Positions 9,503 through 20,235 of a DNA stretch of 64,000 nucleotides are shown here, piece after piece. The first letter of the stretch is position 1. Each line of letters starts with the position of its first letter. This DNA is from Microcoleus sp. GTDB lineage: Bacteria; Cyanobacteriota; Cyanobacteriia; Cyanobacteriales; Microcoleaceae. Location: the NCBI GenBank assembly GCA_052279835.1, contig CP181291.1, positions 5,408,001-5,472,000 of the forward strand, given 5' to 3'. A model generated the notes under the pieces. The model was not told the DNA's origin and made no database searches. It saw nothing but the letters and a program-made list of their open reading frames with translations. The position numbers and the translations under genes are program-made.

Positions 9503-10846
9503 TTGACATCCACCCCGGCGTAAACGCACGGGGATTCCTAAGACTCACGACTTAGGTTTCTGCTTCCGTCCTCAGAGGGGATTTCGCACCAGCCTTAACA
9601 GATTTACTCTGTTCGGGTCTTACAGTCGCTCCACAGACTGCCACGGCAAGCCCTGCCGCCAAAATATTCTTTGCCGCGTTGATGTCTCGGTCATGGTGCG
9701 TCCCGCAATTAGGACAATCCCATTCCCGGATATTCAACGGCATCTTGTCAACGATATGTCCGCAATTGCCACACCGTTTTGAACTCGGAAACCATCGGTC
9801 AATCTTAATTAAAGTACGACCGTACCCATCGCACTTGTAATCTAGTTGTCTGACTAATTCCCCCCAACTTGCATCACTTATAGCTAGAGCAAGTTTCCGG
9901 TTTTTAACCAGATTCTTCACAGCTAAGTCTTCTACGGCGATGGTTTGGTTTTCACGCACCAACCGTGTTGTTAACTTGTGAAGATGATCTTTCCTTGCAT
10001 CAGTAATTTCTTGATGCACTTTCGCTACTTTAAGCCGTGCTTTGTGACGGTTGTTTGACCCTTTTTGCTTGCGACTTAAGGCTTTCTGCGCTCTTCTAAG
10101 CTTGCGATACTTTGCCTTGAATCCTTTGGGATTGGCAATCTTTTCGCCAGTGCTTAGAGTGAGCAAGCTTGTAACTCCCAGGTCGATGCCGACTTGATTA
10201 TCTGTTTTGGGTAGTGTTTCAATTTCAACATTTACCAGCAGAGAAACCGACCACCTACCTGATGGTGCAAGCTTCACGCTTAAGGTTGATGGTATGGCAC
10301 CATCAGGTAGTGTCCGGCTCCAGCGAATTGGTAACGCTTGTGTGCTTTTTGCTAGGTAGACTTGTCCATCTCTGAACTTAAATGCTGACTTGGTAAATTC
10401 TGCACTACCACCATTGCGTTTCTTTTTGAAGTTAGGATATTTTGCCCGCCCATCAAAAAAGTTGGTATAAGCCGTTTGTAAATGTCTCAAGCATTGCTGT
10501 AATGGCACACAGCTAACTTTGTTCAGAAAATCTAGTTCTTCGGTTTTCTTCCATTCAGTTAACATTGAAGAAGTCTCAGCATAGCCTACCCGTTTCTGTT
10601 CTGCGTACCAAGCTTCCGTTCTTGTGGCTAAAGCACGGTTGTAGACCAAACGAACACAACCCAAAGTACGTCGCAACAAACTTTCTTGTTCCGGCGTTGG
10701 GTAGAATCGATAGCTGAAGGCTTTTAGTGTCATGCTGACCTTAATTACGCTTCACATACTAGCACGTCTTGTGTGAAATGGTAGATATTAACAAAAATTC
10801 ATGTAAAGCCGTCCTAAAAGGACGGGGTTTCAGACCCATTTTTTTG
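9503..10846 (-). mobile_element. IS200/IS605-family element, TnpB only (IS1341-like, non-autonomous)
   Basis: Left end TTCAT|CAAAAAAATGGGTCTGAAACCCCGTCCTTTTAGGACGG (hairpin); right end hairpin CCCCGTGCGTTTACGCCGGGG then TGGATGTCAA|; no tnpA. Confidence 0.9.
9552..10733 (-). CDS. tnpB: RNA-guided endonuclease TnpB
   Basis: HTH (YRFYPT.EQ); RuvC D (GIDLG), E (VEDL) and D (DRDINAA) all present; Zn finger CGNC...CPNC. Confidence 0.95.
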   Translation of the reverse strand: MTLKAFSYRFYPTPEQESLLRRTLGCVRLVYNRALATRTEAWYAEQKRVGYAETSSMLTEWKKTEELDFLNKVSCVPLQQCLRHLQTAYTNFFDGRAKYPNFKKKRNGGSAEFTKSAFKFRDGQVYLAKSTQALPIRWSRTLPDGAIPSTLSVKLAPSGRWSVSLLVNVEIETLPKTDNQVGIDLGVTSLLTLSTGEKIANPKGFKAKYRKLRRAQKALSRKQKGSNNRHKARLKVAKVHQEITDARKDHLHKLTTRLVRENQTIAVEDLAVKNLVKNRKLALAISDASWGELVRQLDYKCDGYGRTLIKIDRWFPSSKRCGNCGHIVDKMPLNIREWDCPNCGTHHDRDINAAKNILAAGLAVAVCGATVRPEQSKSVKAGAKSPLRTEAET

Positions 10847-11416
10847 ATGAACAGTATCCAACAAATTTTGACAACCTTTGTCGCCAGTACAGTTATAATG
10901 AGTTTATATAGCTGTAGCACGCTTCCCCCTAACCGCATCCAGTCTCGCACATTACACGCTAACAGTGTACCTATAGCAGTCTCGCTAAAAGTCGAGTCAG
11001 CAGCAGCCAGCCAAACACCTTCGCTCCTGGGAGCGACTCCAGGGATGCAGCTATCAGAGACAGCAAAGATAGTCACAGTTACAGTCTACGAACCAGACTC
11101 TGAGTGCAAAACACTGATTGCCCAGGAAATTTCCCTCCCTGCTAAAAACTCGCTGTTAGCAGCAGTGTCTAAGATTCTGGAAAGACAATATGGCGGTGAC
11201 TTGAACTTTGCTTATCGGGTAAGTGTCGATCGAAACACTGGCAAGGGTATAATAGATTTGCGAGTCTCCCCCGACTCCAAACGTACTTTGACTTCCATGT
11301 CAACCTGCGAACAGCTAGCTATCTTCGGCAGTTTGCGCAAAACTCTCATCGCTAACCCAATGTGGAACGTGAAACAAGTGCAGTTCACATCGCGGGGAGA
11401 AGACATTTCGCTGTAG
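10847..11416 (+). CDS. GerMN-like lipoprotein
   Basis: Lipobox-like SLYSC; C-terminal SMSTCEQLAIFGSLRKTL..NP.W.VK.V.F motif; true ATG lies immediately after the IS end. Confidence 0.75.
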   Translation: MNSIQQILTTFVASTVIMSLYSCSTLPPNRIQSRTLHANSVPIAVSLKVESAAASQTPSLLGATPGMQLSETAKIVTVTVYEPDSECKTLIAQEISLPAKNSLLAAVSKILERQYGGDLNFAYRVSVDRNTGKGIIDLRVSPDSKRTLTSMSTCEQLAIFGSLRKTLIANPMWNVKQVQFTSRGEDISL

Positions 11417-11772
11417 CAGCATCTAGCTGTAGTTGCAGGAAGTTGCCAAATCTTGTCAAAAACAGGACTCCGGCAGTCATCGCACCTAGAAAAAGCTAGA
11501 AATAGTCAAGACCACCCACAACCAGTCGCTAATCAACAGCAGATAGCGGTGGCACTTAAAGATGATCAATTCTTTAGAGTCAGTCTTGACTATTAAGTCT
11601 TGCTTATAGCCCCTTGTCAAAACCAACGATGTTAAGATATAAGTTGAAGATGTAGCTTCCCGAAAAAAATCTACACGTATCTTGGTGAAACTGTTCTTGG
11701 CGAAACTGCGACAAAAAGTGAGAGCCGGGAAGTTGTAATTACAAACAAGATTTAAACAATTCAAGAGGTATT

Positions 11773-11991
11773 ATGAACCAGCAGGTTATACAGCCGATGG
11801 TTAAGTTCCAGCGTCAGGTGCAATCTCTCGTCACGTCTGACATCATCAAACCGACAGACAGCATTTGGAAGATTGCTCTGCTATACGGGGACGAATGGCC
11901 CTACTGGAAGCAGCAACTCACAGAGTTTGACTTTTCCATGCAAGACCCCGTGAGCGAGTTGTTAGCTGTAGAAGCTTGGGACGAAGAATAA
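11773..11991 (+). CDS. DUF4327-family small protein
   Basis: PMVKFQRQVQSLV...DSIWKIALLYGDEW..WKQ.L..FDF pattern; GAGG RBS. Confidence 0.8.
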   Translation: MNQQVIQPMVKFQRQVQSLVTSDIIKPTDSIWKIALLYGDEWPYWKQQLTEFDFSMQDPVSELLAVEAWDEE

Positions 11992-12142
11992 GAGCAACGA
12001 CAAGAAAGACTAGGGTGTTTAGAAATAGGGGGTTTCCAAACATCCTCAGAGCTGATACTAAATAAAGGTTTTTTTTGAGCGACTTTTGCTGACATTAAAG
12101 AAATCATGAACAAAAAATACAGGTTCTAACTACTGCCTGCCC

Positions 12143-13384
12143 TCAAAGGCAAGCTGCTAAAGATTGAGCTAATTGTTTAGCAGTTTGAAACCTGTCCCCA
12201 GGTTTAGCTGCGGTGGTTTTTAAGATAATTTCTCGCAATTTTGGGGTAATAGTGGGAATATTTTCGAGCTTAAAACCATAACCTCCAGCTATCTTGCCGT
12301 AATACTTTTGCGGACCGTTGGCGGTGAGCAAAAAAATCAAAGTAGGGCCAATAGCATATAAATCCGACTGAGGAAGAGGCTGTCCCCGGTCTTGTTCAGG
12401 CGCTGTGTAACCTTCAACGCCGATGCGAGTACCCGGAGGAGTGCCAATTTCTTTAACAGCGCCAAAATCGAGGACTGAAATGCCATTGTCTCGATGTCGG
12501 ACTAGCAAATTAGCAGGTTTAATATCCCGGTGGACGATGGGAGGTTTTTGAGAGTGAATGTATTCCAAAACTTCACAGCTTTGAATCATCCACTCTATAG
12601 CCTGCTGCGGAGTAACAGGGCCGCGGTTATAGATGCGTTTTTCTAAATCCTCGCCGTGGAGCATTTCCATCACCAAGTATTTTTTGCCCCCTTCGACAAA
12701 AAAGTCAAAAAACTGAGGAATTCCGGGATGGTGGAGAGATTTGAGGGTTTTAGCTTCCCGTTCAAAAAGTTCTTGAGCTTTGGCGATTTGAGCCATGTCA
12801 GCATTCATTTCCTTGAGAACTACCAGAGAAGCTGCGGGGGAACTTCCTGGTTGTTGAGCTTTTGCTTTGTCTCGATCCCAGGCTAAGGTGGTTGTGCCCA
12901 TACCGCCTTGACCCAAAGTTCGCAGCACTTGGTAGTTTCGCACCGTGCGCTCGACTTTAATCGGTTCGCCACAGTGGATGCAGAATAAATTACCAGGGGG
13001 GTTTCCCGCGTGGGTGCATAGGGGAGAGGGACGAGCGATGGGAGGCATGGTTTCGATTTTGCCACCACAGGCAATGGTGGTGACTTGGAAATGTAGCAGT
13101 GGGCCGCCCCGCGCCAACTGGATTAAAGCACCGTCGGATATCCATCCCTGAGATAAAAGCATACCGTTAACAAAAGTCCCATTAGTCCCAGAATTGACTA
13201 AATACCACTGACTGGATGCACCACTTTTAATTCTTTGCAATTCCAGGTGCTGCCGGGAGACTAGAGCATTGGGGATCACAACGTGATTTTCAGGAGAACG
13301 GCCGATGCGAACAATGGATTCGCTTTCAAAACTCCACTGTTGCAGAGGGGTATTTTGTTCTGGATCTAAAAGGGTCAGCAGCAT
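12143..13384 (-). CDS. FHA / zinc ribbon / Ser-Thr protein kinase
   Basis: FHA (IGRSPEN..VSRQH..GTNGT), C.H..N....FC..CG, and kinase motifs LGQGGMG, VLK, HRDIKPAN, DFG. Confidence 0.93.
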   Translation of the reverse strand: MLLTLLDPEQNTPLQQWSFESESIVRIGRSPENHVVIPNALVSRQHLELQRIKSGASSQWYLVNSGTNGTFVNGMLLSQGWISDGALIQLARGGPLLHFQVTTIACGGKIETMPPIARPSPLCTHAGNPPGNLFCIHCGEPIKVERTVRNYQVLRTLGQGGMGTTTLAWDRDKAKAQQPGSSPAASLVVLKEMNADMAQIAKAQELFEREAKTLKSLHHPGIPQFFDFFVEGGKKYLVMEMLHGEDLEKRIYNRGPVTPQQAIEWMIQSCEVLEYIHSQKPPIVHRDIKPANLLVRHRDNGISVLDFGAVKEIGTPPGTRIGVEGYTAPEQDRGQPLPQSDLYAIGPTLIFLLTANGPQKYYGKIAGGYGFKLENIPTITPKLREIILKTTAAKPGDRFQTAKQLAQSLAACL

Positions 13385-13872
13385 TTTCAATTGATGTGGT
13401 TGAGATCCGTTGTTTGGCAGTGGCGGGAAAAAGATAATTTACAGGTTGAGAGTATAGGGAATTAAGTAAGGAAATTTTAAGGATTAATAACTAAAAATTA
13501 AACATAATTAACTTTTGTAAGATTCAACGGGGAATTTTTGGTTTTGAATCAGAAACAACTAACAACAGATGCGCTGATTTTCCTAGGAGTTGTAGCCATA
13601 AGTTTGATTAAATCTTCATAATAGCGTAATTTTTATTAAAGATTTGATAAACATGATTATTGGAGATGTTTATGGTGGGTATTCATGTGTAAAATTACGG
13701 AGCGGTAAGTCTACCGGATTAGAGGTCACAGATGCCGATCGGGGATTGTCGATCGCTTAAAGAAGTCGGCAATTGGGGTATTTGGTATTTTTAATTGACC
13801 TACTTTAGCAGAGGAAGTTCAAAAACAAAACTCCTCGATCCAATACTTGACAATACAAAAATTAGGTGAACA

Positions 13873-14569
13873 ATGACTAATATTTTACGTAAATTTGCTG
13901 TTGCTGTGACAGGTACTGTTCTGGGATTTGCCTTGACTGGGGTCAACTCAGCACAGGCAGCCTCACTTAATTTTAGTTTAAGTTTTTTTGATTCGAGTAA
14001 CTCTTTAGTCGGTGAAGGCTCCTTCAGCTATGATGGCTCGACTCCTTATCAAGACACTATTTTGTCTAGCTTCTCAATGCCGCCCCTAGAAATAAAAGCC
14101 AGCAATCAATGGTTCGCCCTCACAAGCTTTTCGGCAACGGTATTAGGGCAATCCTGGAATTTGTCTAAAGCGAGTTCAGGAGACAGAGGTGAACTACTTT
14201 CTCCTTTGCTGTGGGCCCCCTTCGATCCGGTGAAAACACGGTTTGTGTTTGATGCTAAGGTCATAGGCAGTGGAGTTATAGCTCAATTAGCAAGTCAATG
14301 GGCTTTTGGTAATTATCGCATTCTGCCAGCTTTGGGGATATTTGGCGAAGGTTTCGGTACAGGGGGAGGAAAGATTAGTTGGATGCAATCGGGTGGGGGA
14401 CAATCCAATGGAAAATCTGTCAACACTGGATATTTGATAGTAGAGGAAATCCAGCCCTGCCATGAAAATTCAGAGGCTGTTCCCGAACCTGCGACTGTTG
14501 CAGGTTTAGGGTCTGGCGGCCGCTGGCTTGGGAGCGGCCAAGAAAAAGTTGGCAGCCTCCAAAGTCTAA
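13873..14569 (+). CDS. PEP-CTERM surface protein (apparent +1 frameshift at GGG 14509-14511)
   Basis: Signal peptide ending SAQA; VPEP motif; removing one G gives VPEPATVAGLGLAAAGLGAAKKKLAASKV*, a canonical TM plus basic tail. Confidence 0.8.
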
Positions 14570-16818
14570 AATCGCGATGTCCCGACTAGGGCCCGAATCA
14601 CAATGGCTGTGATATTGTCATGACCATTGTGTTTGTTGCCTAGTTCTATTAACTTTGCCACTCCTTGCTCCAAATTAGCTTGTGGGTGCAAGAGTGGTTC
14701 GAGACAGGTCTGCCAGTAGGTTTCCAAAACATTATTGTCTGTCAGACCGTCAGAAGCCAAAATCAATAAAGTATCTTCAGACAATTCTAAAAACTGGACA
14801 TCAGGTTTGAGAAAATTACTGTCTCGTGGGCCGATGGCTTGAGTCAGTTGATAGGCATCGGGGCGAGAATATGCTGTTTCTGGGTCAACCCCGCGCTTAA
14901 TTTCCCGCTGGCCTACTTCATGGTCTGAGGTAAGTTTTTCTAGGGTTTGTCCTTTTCGGAGTTGGTAGAGGCGGCTGTCGCCTACATGGGCAAAGGCAAC
15001 TTGGGTGTCTTGAACTAAGACTGTGACTAGAGTTGTACCCATGCGACCACTGCCGGAACGGCTTTCCTTTTGGTTGATTTCAAATATGGCTTTGTTGGCT
15101 AATAAAATGCCCTTGCGGATGGTTTCTGCGGAAGGGAGTTGATTGTCCCAACTGGTTTGAAAGAATTCTCTGAGGGTTTCAGCGGCTAGTTGACTGGCGA
15201 CTTCGCCGCTGTCGTGTCCGCCCATGCCGTCACAGAGAATGTACAGTCCTTTGCTTTGGAAGGTTCTACCGAAGGATGTTTCGAGCTTGTTGATTTGAGT
15301 CCAGATGCTGAAGAAGTCTTCGTTGTGGGCGCGCTGGAGTCCGACATCGGTGATACCTGCGTCTTCCAAGCTGTAAATCTGCACTGGCATGGGCTGGGTT
15401 AAGACTTCCCCTGGGTCGGGACTGGGTTCTTCGGGTTTGCCAAATTGGAAGCGTGTCGGAGTGGAAGTTTTTGCTGGTGCGGGTTGGAGTTCTAGGGGGA
15501 CGGTCTCTAGGCGCGATCGCAATTCGTCTATGGTATGAATTTCGCCCCTGTACATTTCTTGCAGGAGTTCGAGCAAGGCGCCAAACTGGGTGCGATCGGA
15601 CTGGTTAAATATGGTCTGCCACAATTGCCCCAAATCTAGCAGTTGCAGGTTGGAGTCGGGGGCTTCGGGATAGAGACGTTGCACCCGCAAAGATGCTAAT
15701 GCAAAGGAAGAGTCGGGGTTGACTCGCAAATTTGTCAGTTCCAACAAACTTTGGCGACAGCGCCAGGGTTCTAGGGCTGCCCACAGTTCTGTCATTTCGT
15801 GGAGCCAGTACAGAATTTGTTGAGTGGAGGTTTCGGGTTGACTCCAGCGTTCTATGAGTAGTGGCCACTGGGAGCAGTCTTCTAACAGCAGCACTGCTTG
15901 TTGGTTTTCTAGCCAGCTATCGTGAATGACTGGCAGGTTTTGGGAGAATTGCCATCGGAGAGCTAGATAAGGTTCGGCTATGCCTTGGCACAGGTTTTCT
16001 AGGGCGGAGTCGGTGAAGTTGGCTCTGGGTTCTAGGGCTCCTCTGTAGGGGGAGGCTCGTTTGGCGACGGTGGCAGAATTGGCTGCTAGGAGGGCTTTGA
16101 GGGGTGACATTTGCAGTGGCTGACAGTCTAAGACTGTTACGGCTACTGTGTCTGAGGGTTTTCTTGGTGGTAGGGTTTCTAGGAGTTGGTAGCGCTGCTG
16201 GCTGTCGAGATAGGCTCCTGCTGGCTGGGAAGGGATTAAGTTTTGGGAGTTGGAAGTGGGGAGTTCGGAAGCTTGGGGGGGGGTATTGGCGATGGTTGGG
16301 CGATCGCGCTTTTCTGTGGATTCCGGGTGGGCTTCCGGGTCTGTGGTGGTGTCCAAATTGCTTTGGGATGGGGTTATTTGGCTGTCTAGTGGTGCATTAG
16401 TGCTTTTTTGGTCTGTTTGAGAGGATTCGGGGACGATCGCGCTGTTGGCGACTACAGCATCGATTGGTGGTTCAACTGCTGCTGGGACTAATGGTGGGTG
16501 TTGGGCTGGGGTGATAATTTCTGTTGGAGTTGTGTCTGTTGGGGGTTCAACGGAGTTGGCGATGGGGGTGCTTTCGGCAACAGTCTCTGGTTGTGGTGGC
16601 TGTTCCTCTGTCTCAACTGCTGGCAAATTCGATCGACCGCAAATAATTGCTTGCCACACTTGACCTGTTGCGGTGCCACAATTCTGACATTCTTTGGCGC
16701 TCACAGCGACTTGGACGCCGCATTGGGGACAAGATTTGTAAGTTAGGGAATTTCCGCATTGTTGACAAAACTTGTTTTGATTGGGATTTTCAAACTGGCA
16801 GCGGGGACAGAGGAGCAT
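14566..16818 (-). CDS. Double zinc ribbon / PP2C-family Ser-Thr phosphatase
   Basis: N-terminal CxxC x4, Pro/Thr-rich linker, PP2C motifs NED, CDGMGGH, GTT, HVGDSR, SDGL, HDNIT. Confidence 0.93.
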   Translation of the reverse strand: MLLCPRCQFENPNQNKFCQQCGNSLTYKSCPQCGVQVAVSAKECQNCGTATGQVWQAIICGRSNLPAVETEEQPPQPETVAESTPIANSVEPPTDTTPTEIITPAQHPPLVPAAVEPPIDAVVANSAIVPESSQTDQKSTNAPLDSQITPSQSNLDTTTDPEAHPESTEKRDRPTIANTPPQASELPTSNSQNLIPSQPAGAYLDSQQRYQLLETLPPRKPSDTVAVTVLDCQPLQMSPLKALLAANSATVAKRASPYRGALEPRANFTDSALENLCQGIAEPYLALRWQFSQNLPVIHDSWLENQQAVLLLEDCSQWPLLIERWSQPETSTQQILYWLHEMTELWAALEPWRCRQSLLELTNLRVNPDSSFALASLRVQRLYPEAPDSNLQLLDLGQLWQTIFNQSDRTQFGALLELLQEMYRGEIHTIDELRSRLETVPLELQPAPAKTSTPTRFQFGKPEEPSPDPGEVLTQPMPVQIYSLEDAGITDVGLQRAHNEDFFSIWTQINKLETSFGRTFQSKGLYILCDGMGGHDSGEVASQLAAETLREFFQTSWDNQLPSAETIRKGILLANKAIFEINQKESRSGSGRMGTTLVTVLVQDTQVAFAHVGDSRLYQLRKGQTLEKLTSDHEVGQREIKRGVDPETAYSRPDAYQLTQAIGPRDSNFLKPDVQFLELSEDTLLILASDGLTDNNVLETYWQTCLEPLLHPQANLEQGVAKLIELGNKHNGHDNITAIVIRALVGTSRF

Positions 16819-17017
16819 AGGGGTTAAAAATTTGAAGATGTGCGATCGAATTTGAGAGGGAGGGAGTTTTGGGTTCTTCTGAGTTTTGGGCAAGAGTTGC
16901 AACGGATAACTCCCATTGTCCTATGACCTATTTTATCGGCATGAATTGAGAACGAAGATATTTCTGGGAATCGAGATGTCAGAGATGCTGTTCCTGAGAA
17001 TTTAGTTTTTGGTTGAG

Positions 17018-19564
17018 TTAAAAAGGAATTGCTGGGGAATCTTCTTGGAAAAAAGTCTCTCTGGCGATGGATTGAATGGTGGACAGGGGTACTTGACAGA
17101 AATATTGGTGCCGGAATTGTTCTTCGGAGACTGCTGCTAGGAATTTTGCTGTCCAGTGGGCTAGTTGTCGAGAATTAGAAGTGGAAAATTGGGTGGATTG
17201 GCTATCTAATAAGGATTTGGAGATGTTATTTCCTCTGTTTTCCGTTTCTGCTTGTCTGGTGATGTAAAAGGCTCGATCGCGATAATTGACTTTGAAACCA
17301 AGATGGGTTAAGGTTTTGAACCCCAATTGCAGGGATGTGTCGCTGATTCCGAGTTTGTGGCCTAGTTGCTGTCTGGTGACAGGTTTTTGGGTGCGGCTGA
17401 GATATTTGGCGATACCGATTAGCTGTTGCCAGATTTGCTCAGGGGGGACTGCTGGGGGTAAGCTGTAGGCGATCGCCAGTTTTTGTTGATTGTGCTGTGC
17501 TTTTCTCAACCAAATCCGCATTTCATCCCAACTTGTGGGGCATTTTTGGAGGATGAGGCAGTTTGGTCGATCGAATATTTCGGAGGAATCAACTCGATGT
17601 TCTGCGGATAGGGGAGAGGCTAAGTTGTGGCTGGCTGCTAATAATTCTGCCTCTAGATTTCCACTCCGCCAGTCTAATATCCAATCTATTTGAGGGGTCG
17701 GCTGGATGGGGTTTGATTCCTGGCGAGAACGCAATGCTATCAGTCGCACTTCGTATTGTTCTTCATAAGTATTGAAGTCTAGTTCCACTATAGCATCGCA
17801 TCGACCTTCAGGAATTTCGTCTCGGTAGTGTCCCCACCAAATACCGGGAAATCCTGTATTGACAGATTCATCCCAAATTTTAAATCTGGTTTTGATATAT
17901 TTAATTTCTTGTCCTTTCCCATCTTTGATATTTTTATTCCAAACATTGTCAAACCAGCAGTTAAGAATCAGTAATTTGGGTGCGGGATTTCCCATACCGC
18001 AGGGTTCGAGTAATTTTAATTCTTGAAATAGGTTTTTTCCTAACTCAGCAACAGTAATTGTGAGGTCTGCTTGGACGGGAGATGCTGTCAAACTTTCGGT
18101 GCTGTATTTCTGCCGTAGTTGCTGGTTTATAGCATCGGTAAATAGGGGGATATTTTCCACGGGCAGACTCAATCCAGCAGCGAAGGGATGACCACCAAAT
18201 CTATCTAATAAATGTGCTTGGTCTTTGACTAATTGGTAAAGGTCGATTTGATTGGTGGAACGGGCAGAACCTCTGGCGATTTGGGATTGGGGGACTGTGG
18301 GTATTTCTGAGTCTAAAGATTGGATCGATTCTGTTTCTGGCAGAGTTTCGTTGATTTCTGGTGTGGCTTCGGTGCTGAATAAAATTACGGGGCGGCCGTA
18401 TTCTTGGGCGATTTGTCCGGCTACCAATCCTAATACTCCTAGGGCCCATTGGGGGTCAGAGAGGACGATGATGCTGGTAGTGGACAGGTCTAGTTTGGCT
18501 AATTTTTGGGCTGCATCTTTGGCTACAGATGTTTGTAAAGATTTGCGCCTGGAGTTGGCTATTTCGGTTGAGAGTGCTAGTTCTTCGCAGCGTTTTTTGT
18601 CGCGGCTGGTGAGGAGTTCTACGCAGAAACTGGCATCGCCTTGGATGCGGCTAACGGCGTTGATGCGGGGGCCTAGTCCGAAGGAAATGTCTGTGGGGCG
18701 ATCGCCATTTTTGTTGCACAATTGTAGTAATTTGGCCACCCCCGGACGAGTGGGATTTTTTAGTTGTTTTTGTAGTTGTTGTATGCCCAGTTGAGCTAGG
18801 TAGCGACTGTCTCCTGTGAGTTGGACTAAATCGGCGATTAATCCGATGGCTACTAATTCTAATAACTCTGTTAAAGCAACCTGGGGAATATCTGGCAGTG
18901 TTTGATATAATGCTTCGATTAATTTGTAGGCGACGGCGACACCGGATAGGTGAAAAAGTTGATGATTTGAGGGGAGGTATCGGGGATTGATAATGGCTAC
19001 TGCGTCAGGGCGATCGTCCGGGAGGGTATGATGATCTGTAATAATTATATCTATGCCTAAACTTGTGGCATATTTGATTTCCGCGATATTTGTACTACCG
19101 GTATCGCAGGTAATAATTAGGCTAACGCCCGATGTTTTTAATGTGTTTATGCCGGGAATATTGAGACCGTGAGATTCTGTTAAACGATTGGGAATATAAT
19201 AAATTAGTTGGTCATTTTGGGAAAATATTTTGCCCAGTCCATCCCACAGTACGGAGGTTGAAGTGATACCGTCGGCATCGAAGTCTCCCCAAATTGCGAC
19301 TTTTTCACCCTGGTTTTTTGCTTGATGGATTCTGTCTGTTGCCGACTTCATTTCTTGCCCGAATTCCCAGGGACTTGCGGGCTGGTAAAGTTGGGGATTT
19401 AAGAATCCGGGTATTTGTTCTGCGTTTTTAATGCCTCGATACCAGAGGAGTGCTGCGGCATAGTTTCCGGGGAGTTCCGGTGCGTGTTTGTTGACAGCTT
19501 GGATTAGCCAAGCTGGGACTTGAGTTGAGGGTTGAGTTTGCCAGTTTTGATGGGGTTCTGTCAT
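17018..19564 (-). CDS. recJ: Single-stranded DNA exonuclease RecJ
   Basis: GDFDADG, TCDTG, TDHH, GSARS and FGGH DHH-family motifs. Confidence 0.95.
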   Translation of the reverse strand: MTEPHQNWQTQPSTQVPAWLIQAVNKHAPELPGNYAAALLWYRGIKNAEQIPGFLNPQLYQPASPWEFGQEMKSATDRIHQAKNQGEKVAIWGDFDADGITSTSVLWDGLGKIFSQNDQLIYYIPNRLTESHGLNIPGINTLKTSGVSLIITCDTGSTNIAEIKYATSLGIDIIITDHHTLPDDRPDAVAIINPRYLPSNHQLFHLSGVAVAYKLIEALYQTLPDIPQVALTELLELVAIGLIADLVQLTGDSRYLAQLGIQQLQKQLKNPTRPGVAKLLQLCNKNGDRPTDISFGLGPRINAVSRIQGDASFCVELLTSRDKKRCEELALSTEIANSRRKSLQTSVAKDAAQKLAKLDLSTTSIIVLSDPQWALGVLGLVAGQIAQEYGRPVILFSTEATPEINETLPETESIQSLDSEIPTVPQSQIARGSARSTNQIDLYQLVKDQAHLLDRFGGHPFAAGLSLPVENIPLFTDAINQQLRQKYSTESLTASPVQADLTITVAELGKNLFQELKLLEPCGMGNPAPKLLILNCWFDNVWNKNIKDGKGQEIKYIKTRFKIWDESVNTGFPGIWWGHYRDEIPEGRCDAIVELDFNTYEEQYEVRLIALRSRQESNPIQPTPQIDWILDWRSGNLEAELLAASHNLASPLSAEHRVDSSEIFDRPNCLILQKCPTSWDEMRIWLRKAQHNQQKLAIAYSLPPAVPPEQIWQQLIGIAKYLSRTQKPVTRQQLGHKLGISDTSLQLGFKTLTHLGFKVNYRDRAFYITRQAETENRGNNISKSLLDSQSTQFSTSNSRQLAHWTAKFLAAVSEEQFRHQYFCQVPLSTIQSIARETFFQEDSPAIPF

Positions 19565-19689
19565 AGGATAATTTTAACAGAATTGATTGCCAATCAAAGT
19601 ATCAATATCAGAAACCCGGTTGTTGAAAATAACCGGGTTTCGAGAGAAAGTCATCATAACTTTCTCGTTCAAGTCTCAAAATACAAGAA

Positions 19690-20088
19690 TTAAGAGCCTC
19701 TTTTGAGAGCCATTTCTACCTGCTGAAATTCTGCTTCAAGACGCTTTTTCAACTTTTCAGGAACGGGACGATTTGGATAGGAACTGTAATGTCCGGCCAA
19801 AGAGTTTAAAGCTGTTCGCATTGTTGTGAAAGATGAAAGCTTGGTAAGAGCGGGATCGCGACGGTAAGCAGCAGCAAAGTCATTGATTTTTGTGCGAGAA
19901 TCTGCTTGAGCTGCTGCTTTTTCCGGCGTACCCTCTGGTAAAGTAAGCGAGGTTCTCAAGCTGGTTACTAAGTCTAATGTGTCTTGGCGGTAGTCTCCGC
20001 TGAGAGTGGCTGGAACATTGGTACAGCCACTGATGCCTAGGACAACAACTAAGACTAGGGCTAACAGACGGGAAATGTAATGCTTCAT
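19690..20088 (-). CDS. psb27: Photosystem II assembly lipoprotein Psb27
   Basis: Lipobox ISGC; GDYRQDT and SFTTMRTALNSLAGHYSSYPNRP. Confidence 0.96.
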   Translation of the reverse strand: MKHYISRLLALVLVVVLGISGCTNVPATLSGDYRQDTLDLVTSLRTSLTLPEGTPEKAAAQADSRTKINDFAAAYRRDPALTKLSSFTTMRTALNSLAGHYSSYPNRPVPEKLKKRLEAEFQQVEMALKRGS

Positions 20089-20235
20089 AAGGGTTGAAAG
20101 AAATGGCAGCCAAATTCGCGATCGAATATTAACCTTTATCCTATCTCGAATCAGGATACCAATGTCAATTTACCCAAAAATATCTCCATAGCATGAAAGA
20201 TATATTTTGTCAATCTCCTACTCAAAATCCCTTAT

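Noticed and set aside
10769..10846. N-terminal extension of the GerMN ORF
   Set aside because: It lies inside the IS left end; the real start is at 10847.
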